A stretch of DNA of 64,000 nucleotides from an uncultured Bacteroidota bacterium. Lineage in GTDB: Bacteria; Bacteroidota; Bacteroidia; Bacteroidales; JAAUTT01. Where the stretch lies: positions 202,041 to 266,040 of the forward strand of contig CAVYAE010000034.1 in assembly GCA_963766305.1 (NCBI GenBank), given 5' to 3'. Under the pieces are notes generated by a model. It had not been told where the DNA came from. It did not search any database and was given only the letters and a program-made list of their open reading frames with translations. Shown piece after piece: positions 50,701 to 59,270 of the stretch; the stretch's first letter is position 1; each line of letters begins with the position of its first letter. A program made the translations under genes and the position numbers.

Positions 50701-51070
50701 GGAAGGTTATGGATGTAAGTGATGTTTTGCCTATATATGTCAGTTGATTGAAAAAAGCATATTGAGGTATTGCGTTTGCAGGATAGATGTCATTATTTGC
50801 ATCCTCTGTTCCATATGTTCCTGTATATGAAATTATTGTAGTGCCAATTAAATTAATAACAGCCAAAGATGGCATACTGTCCCTCATGGTTTTAAAGTCA
50901 CGCGCATCAATGTTCCCTGTGACTGTAAGATTGGTTACCGTGGTCAAATATGCTTTTGCTACTGAATCTAAAGTACCCGGGATAGTAACATGTGCTGTAT
51001 CATAAACCTGCGCATTTAATGCAGCAGTTAAAAAAGAAAAAATTATGGGTATGGCATTCTTTATTAACAT
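47720..51070 (-). CDS. BspA-type leucine-rich-repeat surface protein with T9SS C-terminal domain; internally duplicated
   Basis: About 23-aa LRR units (IPSSVTxIGxxAFxGCxGLTGSLT) in two homologous modules; C-terminus VKLYPVPVTKLLNVYL...GIYFIKIYT. Confidence 0.8.
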   Translation of the reverse strand: MLIKNAIPIIFSFLTAALNAQVYDTAHVTIPGTLDSVAKAYLTTVTNLTVTGNIDARDFKTMRDSMPSLAVINLIGTTIISYTGTYGTEDANNDIYPANAIPQYAFFNQLTYIGKTSLTSITFPVNISFIGNYAFAGLNGLTGSLNLSSSIDSIGEFAFSGCSGLTGSLTIPSSVTHIGGYSFNGCSGCKDSLTIGTSVTYIGDEAFRGCGFTGSLTIPSSVTYIGNEAFTSPGLTDFIVEESNPFYSSINGVIFNKNKTTIIECPQGKTGTYSIPSNVESVGDYAFSGCSGLTGSLTIPSTITYLGDYSFIGCSGFKDSLYIGSSVTYIGNDAFGGCGFTGTLTIGSSVSIIGSWAFNGCSFTGLLNIPSSVTNIGNYAFMACGRFTGPLSIPSSVTSIGDYAFNGCYGFTGTLTIPPSVTSIGSRAFSFCNNLRSIIALNPVPLSESAMGESVFLFAGNIPNLYVPYGSVMAYKALPWWSSINILPVIQIYCSTDTLHTGNFVTFSADTGLIGKSLPLQWQVNGNPTGTGDSLIGYKPENGDIITCNVTINGYVVPSNAIVINFSGFTCSNNMSITVATPGTLNTLIHSCLSTTSNLTVTGTIDARDFKTMRDSMPSLTVINLKGATITAYTGKYGTQDANMDTYPANAIPQYAFYNQHTEIPKTSLTSITYPTNVNSIGDYAFSNCSGLTGSLIIPSSVTYIGDGAFTDCWGFTGSLTIPSSITYIEPETFANSGFTGTLTIPSSVTHIGGGAFFDCPGLTGPLIIPSSVTSIDQDAFYGCEFTGSLTIPSSITYIGDYAFFSSEFNSIVDLNPTPLTGNIDSSAFYEDAIKNLYVPYNSISLYKATPPWNKFNILPIVQITANSDTVYPGSSITIKAEKVSPGQPVILQWLVNGKKVGLDSTILSYVPLNGDSISCRAIFDNDTVISNSIVMKVLAATLSVSANTLNVPDISNSKATFTIWSNVSWTINEKQNWVTPDVNYGSDTADIILTASSNPLGQPRTDTLVVSATGADPQTIIVIQEANPKTNVLTIDNQDVKLYPVPVTKLLNVYLPFTPDNTEILIYKADGEEVYSSDLTDGVTAIDMGNFSAGIYFIKIYTPDKGMVIRKILKL

Positions 51071-51254
51071 GTTGGATTTGTTTAGGAATTAATAAATTTA
51101 GATTTGCTTTTTTATTGGTATTATAAATCGGGAGGCTTGCCAATAAAACTTTAAACAAACATAAATCATATAATTAATCCATACAAGTACTTATTGATCA
51201 GCAATTATATAATGTTGATCAACCCTGTTATTCACAGGACAGAAAAATATAATA

Positions 51255-51974
51255 TTAATTCCCAAATACTTTCTTAAGTAAATCTGAGGTCTGGGCTAAA
51301 GGATCCTTGCGTATTTTATATTCTTCTTTAGCTATCATAATAAATAAACCATCTATGGCCTTGCCGGTTACGTAAGCAGTAAGGTCGGGATTTAGTTTTT
51401 TTACAAAAGGAATCCTGTTATAGGCTTTTATAAGTTCTTCCCAATGCTTTGTGGCTTCAACCTTATCGAGCGATGATTTTATATTTGGGCGGAATTTTTC
51501 GTTTAGCTGCGGAGAAGTGGTTTTTTGAAGGTATTTTGTGGCTGCGTCATTATCCCCCTTTACAATATTAATTGCGTCGGTAAGACTCATATTTTTAATT
51601 GCATCTATAAAAATATCTTTGGCATCTTTGGAAGCATCCTCCGCAGCCCTGTTGATAGATAAAACAGTTTCGTCGACCTGTTTCCCCATTCCTATTGACC
51701 TTAACTTTGATTCCATGTCTTTTTCCTCCGGAGGAAAAGGTATTTTTATTTCAACATTTCCAAAGTAGCCATTTTGCTGAGAAACCAAATTGACGCTGTT
51801 ACCAGTACCTTTTACCAGGGCTTCCTTTATACCGTCCGCTGCTTCACTTTCGCTGAACCCGGTGCCATTTTGCCCCATCAGTTTTTTTGCATCATTTAAT
51901 AACTGGGCATTTAAATTATAAACTGTAAACGACAGCAATACAATAAATAATGACATTAAGTTTTTCATAACCAC
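51255..51974 (-). CDS. DUF4197-like secreted protein
   Basis: Signal peptide; SESEAADGIKEALVKGT... and DLLKKVFG C-terminus typical of this family. Confidence 0.65.
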   Translation of the reverse strand: MVMKNLMSLFIVLLSFTVYNLNAQLLNDAKKLMGQNGTGFSESEAADGIKEALVKGTGNSVNLVSQQNGYFGNVEIKIPFPPEEKDMESKLRSIGMGKQVDETVLSINRAAEDASKDAKDIFIDAIKNMSLTDAINIVKGDNDAATKYLQKTTSPQLNEKFRPNIKSSLDKVEATKHWEELIKAYNRIPFVKKLNPDLTAYVTGKAIDGLFIMIAKEEYKIRKDPLAQTSDLLKKVFGN

Positions 51975-52162
51975 ATTTTTAAGTTTTTAGATGTTGTAAT
52001 ACTAATTAACGTTATAAAATGTATTTGGCATAAATCATGCCATTATAAAATTGAATTTAAAGCTTTTGAAAAATTATTTTCAATACTGAAGTTAATTAAA
52101 TATTTCTGATAATTTTTTTCTTAAAAATTTTGAATTATTTAAAAATTTATTTTCCTTTGCTG

Positions 52163-52179
52163 AAGTATATACTATACTT
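52163..52179 (+). other. candidate oriT hairpin (AAGTATA tac TATACTT) overlapping the 10-bp palindrome AGTATATACT
   Basis: Read directly; about 100 nt upstream of the MobV relaxase start in a very AT-rich spacer with CTGAAGT direct repeats (52086, 52160). Confidence 0.3.
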
Positions 52180-52277
52180 TATACAATTACGCTTTATATA
52201 AATAAGTTTTGATTCGGCTTTTTAATTTCAATAGAGGTTAATCAAGGGTACAATAATAAAATTAAAAGAATACGATT

Positions 52278-53348
52278 ATGACACAGTTTGCAGTTTTACA
52301 TATCGACAAAAACAAGGGAGGCCAGATTGGTTTGAGCAAACACATCAGCCGGGAAACAATACCCGCCAACGCTGATCCTTCCAGGTTGCACCTCAATGAA
52401 ACACCCGTTGGAACACGTAACCAGATGCAGGATATTAAAAACCGTATAAACGAAGGTGTCAGTCAAAAAACATCCATAAGGAAAGATGCTGTAAAAGCCA
52501 TGCAAATAATTTTGACAGGCAGTCATGAACAGATGAAGGTTATTGAAAACAACGGCCAGTTAAATGACTGGATGAATCAGAACATTTCCTGGTTAAATGA
52601 AACCTTTGGCAAGGCCAACGTGGTAAATGTAACTCTCCATATGGATGAACTGACCCCGCATGTTCATGCCACCGTAGTGCCTATTACCAAAGACGGAAGA
52701 TTATGCGCCAAAGATTTTATGTCAAGGGATCAGTTGCGGAGTTACCAGACTGGCTATGCCAAAGTAATGGAACCTTTTGGACTTTCCCGCGGGCTGGAAG
52801 GCAGCAGGGCCAAACATCAGGATGTAAAGCAATATTATGCAAAACTTAACCATGAACTACCTAAAATAAACAAGGAACTTGAAGAAAAACAGGAAACTGT
52901 AAAAGTGCTTAAAAATGAGATCAGGGTTGACTCTGCATGGAAGACAGTAACAGGTTTGGTAGATGGGTTTGCAAAAAGAAAAGAAATAAAAGACAAGGAG
53001 GAAGAAATTTTATTATTGAAGAAAACAGTTGAACAACTTTCTGTCAATCTTGAAAATTTGAAGAAGGAACATGAAAAGTCGGGCATTGAATTAATTAACA
53101 CTAAAAAAGAATTTTCATCCTTGCATTCTGAGATAGATAAAGCATTTAAAGAAGGTATAAAGAAAGCAGTAAGTACAGTTAATAATTTAATATTCAGTCA
53201 AATTGAAAAGCCAAATTTTCAGTTTGAACTTACCTTCAAAAACGAAAAGCCTGTAATAGAATTGAAACATATCAAACCAACAAATCATGTGCCTACAGTG
53301 GAAGAGATTATGGGTAAAAAGATAAGGAAAAACAATTTGGAGCTGTAA
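52278..53348 (+). CDS. MobV-family (Mob_Pre) relaxase / plasmid recombination enzyme
   Basis: N-terminal FAVLHIDKNKG, motif HMDELTPHVHATVVP (HxDE..PHxH), coiled-coil C-terminal half. Confidence 0.85.
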   Translation: MTQFAVLHIDKNKGGQIGLSKHISRETIPANADPSRLHLNETPVGTRNQMQDIKNRINEGVSQKTSIRKDAVKAMQIILTGSHEQMKVIENNGQLNDWMNQNISWLNETFGKANVVNVTLHMDELTPHVHATVVPITKDGRLCAKDFMSRDQLRSYQTGYAKVMEPFGLSRGLEGSRAKHQDVKQYYAKLNHELPKINKELEEKQETVKVLKNEIRVDSAWKTVTGLVDGFAKRKEIKDKEEEILLLKKTVEQLSVNLENLKKEHEKSGIELINTKKEFSSLHSEIDKAFKEGIKKAVSTVNNLIFSQIEKPNFQFELTFKNEKPVIELKHIKPTNHVPTVEEIMGKKIRKNNLEL

Positions 53349-53374
53349 ATCTTATAATCAACATACTTATATAT

Positions 53375-54826
53375 ATGCAAACAACTAAAACTATAACTTA
53401 TATTACTCTGTTAATGTTATTTTTTATGAACAGTGTTATCGCACAAAAAATAACTATACAGGGCACCAAGTTTTACAGGGACGGACAAGAGATTTGGTTT
53501 AACGGAGCCAATACTCCCTGGGACAACTGGAACGATTTTGGAGGAAACTACAACCACCAGTGGTGGGACACTGCTTTTAAATACCTGCAAAGAGCCCACA
53601 TCAACATGACCAGGATATGGATAAGCTGTTCAGGTGAAGTTGCCCCAACTATAGACAGTTCTGGAACGGTGACAGGTGTGATACCTGCATTTTGGTCCGA
53701 TGTAGATGATCTTGAAAGAATTGCAAATAAATATCAAATATATGTGCTTTCGACCATGATGTCTTTCGACAATTTTGAAAATAACCATCCTGATTCATCC
53801 AGTTGGAGGAAAATGATTAGCGATTCATCCAAAGTGAGGACTTATATAAATAATTATCTGGTACCATATGTTCAACGCTATGATAGCAGTAATTACTTTT
53901 ATGCAATAGATCTCTGCAATGAGCCGGAATGGATAAACCAAAACGCTGCCGAAGGTAAGTTACCTGTTTCATATCTGCAAAGATTTGCAGCTATGTGCGC
54001 CTCTGCAGTGCATAAAAACAGTTCAAAGCTTGTCACAATTGGCAGTGCAAGTGTAAAATGGAACAGCAGCAGCAAAGGTTCACAATTTGTTGCAAACTGG
54101 TGGTCAGACGCAAACCTTAAAGATGCCAATAATAACGACAGCACTTCACGTTTCGACTTTTGGCAAACTCACTATTATGACTGGATGTATCCTTATTATG
54201 GAGCCCCATTTACTAAAACCTTGGTCAGTTTTGGGATGACAACCGACAGACCAACCCTTGTTGGTGAGGGTCCGGGCAAAAATGATGAAGGATATTCCAT
54301 CATCCAAATGTACCAGTATACCTGGACTAATGGTTTTGCAGGTTACTGCTCCTGGACTTCCAATGGTGTTGATGGCAATGGCATACTTTCCGACTTCGAA
54401 CCTGGCACTGATACTTTTTTTACAAAACATATGCTGTTGGTTTACCCTTCAAATGTACCAGCATCCGGAATAAAAGTAAGTCCGGTTCAGGCAACTATTG
54501 CAAAAGGGCAAACACTACAACTTACCGGCACAGTTATACCACAAGGTGCAAGCCAGGCTGTAGCCTGGTCATCAAGCGATACATCCATTGCAAGGGTAAA
54601 TATCTGGGGTATGGTCACTGCTCTCGAACCGGGTAGTGTTATTATAACGGCAACATCAGCAGAAGGGGGTTTTACAACTACATCAGATATAACCGTTTAT
54701 TCGGGCACTGCCATTGAAACAAAAGAAAATGATGCTGCAAGCATAATTATTTATCCAAACCCATTAAATATTACCTGTTCACCTCTCCTGTTTTCCGCTT
54801 TGGGACACCCTAAAAATTTTTATTAA
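53375..54826 (+). pseudogene. GH5 glycoside hydrolase (mannanase/cellulase-like) + Big_2 domain, 3' end interrupted by IS insertion at 54786/54787
   Basis: Signal peptide; DLCNEPEW (acid/base NEP), LVGEG; Big_2 (VSPVQATIAKGQTLQLTGTV...SSDTSIARV). The ORF runs into the IS terminal repeat (..YPNPLNITCSP|LLFSALGHPKNFY*). Confidence 0.8.
54726..54786. repeat. left copy of 61-bp direct repeat (GH5 coding sequence) flanking the IS composite
   Basis: AAAATGATGCTGCAAGC...TTACCTGTTCACCTCT identical to 59003-59063. Confidence 0.9.
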
Positions 54827-56423
54827 TAATTTGATATAGTTCCGATTGTTCCTCATCCATATTCAGTAATCTGGATTTTGTTTGTTTGGATTCAGGTAAA
54901 GTGTATGTTATCTGATACATGTTATGAGTTATTTCAGCTGCTTTCTTAAGGGATAAAGTTGATTTCTCCAGGTAAAGTACCCTTTCTAACTCTTTGTAGA
55001 CACAATATGCAGTAAATGCGATACATATGTGAGCTTCAATGCGTCTTTCCAGTCTATGATAAATTGGCCTTATCCGAAGATCAGTTTTAGACATGCGAAA
55101 TGCCCTTTCAATATGCCAAAGATTTTTATAGTTTTCAACTATTTCATTTTCTGATAGTTTTGTATTGGTTATATATCCTTTCAATCCATCCCATTTCTGA
55201 TCATCATTGAATTTATCATAATCGATTTCAATTGTCACATCTCCAATTAGTTTTAAATATTTATTATAACCTTTGTTATTGATATTAGCTTTGGTTAGCC
55301 TGCCTCTATTTACCTGTTTTTCCAGTCTGGTTAAGCCACGTTTTCGGTTGTAGGCATCCTTTACTGCCCGGGTATTGGCATAACTTACGATCAGTCTTGT
55401 TCCTTTGGATTTTGAATAACTTTTTGTACCTCCATCTTCAAATACAGTGGATAATATCTGTGTTTTTAGAGTTTGAGTTTCATTTTTTATCCTGGCACCC
55501 AGAATATATTCATAATCATTAGCTTCTAATGCTTTAATATTCTCAGTAGACAAAAGTCCTGAGTCTGCAATTACAACCGGCTTGTTCAAATTAAATTTGG
55601 CACTTATCTTTTCAAGGAACGGTATCAGTGTGTGTCCTTCGTAAGTATTGCCCTGGAAAATTTCATATCCAATGGCATATCCTCCAAGCCCGACCAGTAA
55701 CCCGATAAATATTTGTGGACACTGATGTTTTCCATCTTTGCTAAATCCTGTTTTCCTGAGATCATCTTCATCACTGGCTTCAAAATACAAGGTAGTCATA
55801 TCGTAAAAAACAACACTGATCTCCCCGTTCAAAAGCTTTTTGGTGTGGGCAAATGCAATTTGTTCCACTTCAGGTTGTAGTTTGCTATTGAGCTTATCTA
55901 AGAAACGATAAATGACATCACTATCAAGGCTTACTCCTTGATATCTATATAAATAATCGATGGTTTTAAGTTTACTCAAAGGATAAGCTAAACGGGCAAT
56001 AACCAAATGCCGGAATAAATCTTCCTTGATTGATGAAAAACCGATATAATCATAAATTTTCCCAAAGGTGATTTCTGGTCCAAGGGTTCGGATATTGGAA
56101 TTATTTAAAACTTCAAATGCATGATCTATTGCAGAGTCACTAGGACCTAAAAACAATTTTGGTTGAGCAGTTAGCTTTTCTATCTCTTCGCGAGCCTTAC
56201 ATTCTAATTGTTCAATTTCCTGCTGTGTGGTGGCAGAACCTATTGTTTTTAATACTTTATAATTACCTCTAACTTTCTGTATCACTTGAATTGAGAGGCT
56301 TCCTGAGTGATTTGGTTTCCTACGGATGTACATAAAATAAAATTTCGGGACACCCAAATTAAAAAAACTTTCCTTATTTTACAAGGGTTTTAGAGGGTGT
56401 CCCGAAAAAGTGCGGAAAACAGG
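54787..56423 (-). mobile_element. IS1634-like (IS4-related) insertion sequence, complete copy (element A, 1637 bp)
   Basis: Termini CCTGTTTTCCGC...GCGGAAAACAGG, with imperfect about 25-30 bp inverted repeats including GGGACACCCT; single DDE transposase gene. Confidence 0.85.
54810..56333 (-). CDS. IS1634-family DDE transposase (element A)
   Basis: MYIRRKPNHSGSLSIQVIQK N-terminus, VVFYDMTTLYFEA (D), VVIADSGLLS (D), WHIERAFRMSKTDLRIRPIYH (E/K). The tracked ORF adds 8 codons from a TTG at 56357. Confidence 0.85.
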   Translation of the reverse strand: MYIRRKPNHSGSLSIQVIQKVRGNYKVLKTIGSATTQQEIEQLECKAREEIEKLTAQPKLFLGPSDSAIDHAFEVLNNSNIRTLGPEITFGKIYDYIGFSSIKEDLFRHLVIARLAYPLSKLKTIDYLYRYQGVSLDSDVIYRFLDKLNSKLQPEVEQIAFAHTKKLLNGEISVVFYDMTTLYFEASDEDDLRKTGFSKDGKHQCPQIFIGLLVGLGGYAIGYEIFQGNTYEGHTLIPFLEKISAKFNLNKPVVIADSGLLSTENIKALEANDYEYILGARIKNETQTLKTQILSTVFEDGGTKSYSKSKGTRLIVSYANTRAVKDAYNRKRGLTRLEKQVNRGRLTKANINNKGYNKYLKLIGDVTIEIDYDKFNDDQKWDGLKGYITNTKLSENEIVENYKNLWHIERAFRMSKTDLRIRPIYHRLERRIEAHICIAFTAYCVYKELERVLYLEKSTLSLKKAAEITHNMYQITYTLPESKQTKSRLLNMDEEQSELYQIINKNF

Positions 56424-56432
56424 AAATACCTT

Positions 56433-58079
56433 CCTGTTTTGTGCAATGCATGACCCAAATCAAAATTTCATTTTTATTAGTTGGTTCTGAATGGAGTTTA
56501 ATCGGAGTAATTTTTTCTTGACCTGCTTTGATTTAGGAAGTATATAGTTTATTTGTCTCATGTTGTTAATTTCCTTTAAGGCCTTTTCGGCTGATAATGA
56601 GATGTTATTTAATTTTAGTAACCGCTCCAACTCTTTGTATATTTTATATGCACAAAAACAAATGCACAGATGAGCTTCAATTCTCTCTCTAATTCTATGA
56701 TATATTGGCCTTATTCTCAGATCACTTTTAGAAATTCTAAACGCTTTTTCTATTTGCCATAACTGTCCATAATTAACTACTACATTCTTTGGAGACAAGG
56801 TAGTATTTGTAATATACCCTTTCAATCCATCCCAGAGACTATCCTCATTAAATTTTTGGTAATCAATGGCTATAGTTGCATTGCCAGTTAACGCTAAGTA
56901 TTTATTATACCCTCTGTTATTTATATGTTCTTTTGTTAGTTTTCCGGTTTTAACTTTTTTTTCCAGGCGTATTAACCCTTTCACCCTGTTTGCCTTATCA
57001 TTATGTGAGCGGGATGAAGAATATGTGACAACCAGTCTGCCATTGGAATGTCTCAATTCCTGTGGTTGACCTTCAATAAGTTTCATTTCCAAAACTCGAT
57101 TCTTAATCACCTCACTTTCATTCTTTAACCTGCCGCCTAAAATATATTGATAATCTTCTGCAACCAATGCATCTATGTTTTTCTGAGAAAGTAAGGCTGC
57201 ATCAGCAATAATTATGGGCTTATCTATTAAAAATCTCTTCTGGAATGCTTCCAGAACAGGAATCAGCGTTTTTGTTTCTGAGGTATTTCCTTCAAATACT
57301 TCATATCCTATCGGGTACCCGTTTATTCCAACCAATAAACCGATTACTATTTGTGGTTGTTGAAATTTACCGTCTTTTGAATAGCCGATTACTCGAAAAT
57401 CATCTTCTTCTGAAGCCTCAAAATACAAGGTGGTCATATCATAAAACACAACGCTTATTTTACCTTGCAATAGAGCCTTGGTGTGAGAAAAGGTAATATT
57501 TTCTATTTCCTGTTTGTATTTCCTGTGTAGTTCATCCAGATATCGATAAACTGTATAAACACTGATATCAATGTTTAAATGTTCTTTAAAATATTCTATT
57601 GTCTTTAACTTGCTGCCTGGATAAACTAATCGACATAGCACTAAATTTCTAAACAAATTATAATTATCATCCTGTGGATAGCCAATTTGTTGATATATTT
57701 TGCCTAATATCAAATCTGCCCCCACAATTTTTAAATTTTCAACTGACAAACTATCAACAAAAGAATCTATTACAGCATCATCATGCTCATAAAACAAACT
57801 CTGATAACCTTGCATTTGTTCCATCTCATTTTGTGCTTGCAAAAGCAACAATGATTCTTCCTGCTTGGTTTTGGCACATCCAATAGTCTTCAATACTCGG
57901 TTCTGTCTTCCGATTTTTGTTACAATCTGAATACTGATTGAGCCACTACGATTCCTATTTTTCCTGATAAACATTCTGCAAATATAGCTTGCAGCACCCA
58001 AAATGACCCATTTTATTTCTATTATTATCTGATAACTTGACATTTATATTTTGAGCGCTCATGTGGCGCACAAAACAGG
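56433..58079 (-). mobile_element. second, related IS1634-like insertion sequence (element B, 1647 bp)
   Basis: Termini CCTGTTTTGTGC...GCACAAAACAGG; own transposase, with roughly half its residues identical to A by eye. Confidence 0.8.
56460..57974 (-). CDS. IS1634-family DDE transposase (element B)
   Basis: MFIRKNRNRSGSISIQIVTK..., VVFYDMTTLYFEA, IIIADAALLS, WQIEKAFRISKSDLRIRPIYH; tracked ORF extends to 58043. Confidence 0.85.
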   Translation of the reverse strand: MFIRKNRNRSGSISIQIVTKIGRQNRVLKTIGCAKTKQEESLLLLQAQNEMEQMQGYQSLFYEHDDAVIDSFVDSLSVENLKIVGADLILGKIYQQIGYPQDDNYNLFRNLVLCRLVYPGSKLKTIEYFKEHLNIDISVYTVYRYLDELHRKYKQEIENITFSHTKALLQGKISVVFYDMTTLYFEASEEDDFRVIGYSKDGKFQQPQIVIGLLVGINGYPIGYEVFEGNTSETKTLIPVLEAFQKRFLIDKPIIIADAALLSQKNIDALVAEDYQYILGGRLKNESEVIKNRVLEMKLIEGQPQELRHSNGRLVVTYSSSRSHNDKANRVKGLIRLEKKVKTGKLTKEHINNRGYNKYLALTGNATIAIDYQKFNEDSLWDGLKGYITNTTLSPKNVVVNYGQLWQIEKAFRISKSDLRIRPIYHRIRERIEAHLCICFCAYKIYKELERLLKLNNISLSAEKALKEINNMRQINYILPKSKQVKKKLLRLNSIQNQLIKMKF

Positions 58080-58912
58080 AGAATATATTCATAATCATTA
58101 GCTTCTAATGCTTTAATATTCTCAGTAGACAAAAGTCCTGAGTCTGCAATTACAACCGGCTTGTTCAAATTAAATTTGGCACTTATCTTTTCAAGGAACG
58201 GTATCAGTGTGTGTCCTTCGTAAGTATTGCCCTGGAAAATTTCATATCCAATGGCATATCCTCCAAGCCCGACCAGTAACCCGATAAATATTTGTGGACA
58301 CTGATGTTTTCCATCTTTGCTAAATCCTGTTTTCCTGAGATCATCTTCATCACTGGCTTCAAAATACAAGGTAGTCATATCGTAAAAAACAACACTGATC
58401 TCCCCGTTCAAAAGCTTTTTGGTGTGGGCAAATGCAATTTGTTCCACTTCAGGTTGTAGTTTGCTATTGAGCTTATCTAAGAAACGATAAATGACATCAC
58501 TATCAAGGCTTACTCCTTGATATCTATATAAATAATCGATGGTTTTAAGTTTACTCAAAGGATAAGCTAAACGGGCAATAACCAAATGCCGGAATAAATC
58601 TTCCTTGATTGATGAAAAACCGATATAATCATAAATTTTCCCAAAGGTGATTTCTGGTCCAAGGGTTCGGATATTGGAATTATTTAAAACTTCAAATGCA
58701 TGATCTATTGCAGAGTCACTAGGACCTAAAAACAATTTTGGTTGAGCAGTTAGCTTTTCTATCTCTTCGCGAGCCTTACATTCTAATTGTTCAATTTCCT
58801 GCTGTGTGGTGGCAGAACCTATTGTTTTTAATACTTTATAATTACCTCTAACTTTCTGTATCACTTGAATTGAGAGGCTTCCTGAGTGATTTGGTTTCCT
58901 ACGGATGTACAT
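58080..58912 (-). pseudogene. truncated element-A transposase (N-terminal about 277 codons only)
   Basis: ORF 58025-58936 is identical to the 515-aa protein up to ..EANDYEYIL, then reads into the element B terminus (LFCAPHERSKYKCQVIR*). Confidence 0.85.
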
Positions 58913-59002
58913 AAAATAAAATTTCGGGACACCCAAATTAAAAAAACTTTCCTTATTTTACAAGGGTTTTAGAGGGTGTCCCGAAAAAGTGCGGAAAACA
59001 GG
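58080..59002 (-). mobile_element. partial copy of element A (right-hand 923 bp, equivalent to 55501-56423)
   Basis: Sequence identical to 55501-56423 wherever compared; ends with the same GCGGAAAACAGG terminus. Confidence 0.85.
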
Positions 59003-59063
59003 AAAATGATGCTGCAAGCATAATTATTTATCCAAACCCATTAAATATTACCTGTTCACCTCT
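59003..59063. repeat. right copy of the 61-bp direct repeat
   Basis: Identical to 54726-54786. Confidence 0.9.
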
Positions 59064-59256
59064 TTATATCAAAGGTTTGACAAAAGGCAGCCTGGAACTA
59101 ACATTAAGTGATATTGAAGGCAGAATTATTTACACGGATAAATCTTTTATTTCAGAATCGGTTTATTCATTATCTCTTGGGAATATTACCAACGGATATT
59201 ATAATTTAAGGATTATAAATAACGGCTTGGTTTTCACTAAAAAACTTATTATTTAG
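59003..59256 (+). pseudogene. orphaned 3' end of the GH5 gene encoding its T9SS C-terminal sorting domain
   Basis: Own translation in the GH5-continuing frame: NDAASIIIYPNPLNITCSPLYIKGLTKGSLELTLSDIEGRIIYTDKSF...GYYNLRIINNGLVFTKKLII*, stop at 59254-59256. Confidence 0.8.
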
Positions 59257-59270
59257 AATTACTCCCTTCC

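Noticed and set aside
58025-58936. 303-aa ORF as an intact transposase
   Set aside because: It is identical to the first about 290 residues of the 515-aa transposase, then reads into the terminus of the neighbouring IS. It is a truncated copy.
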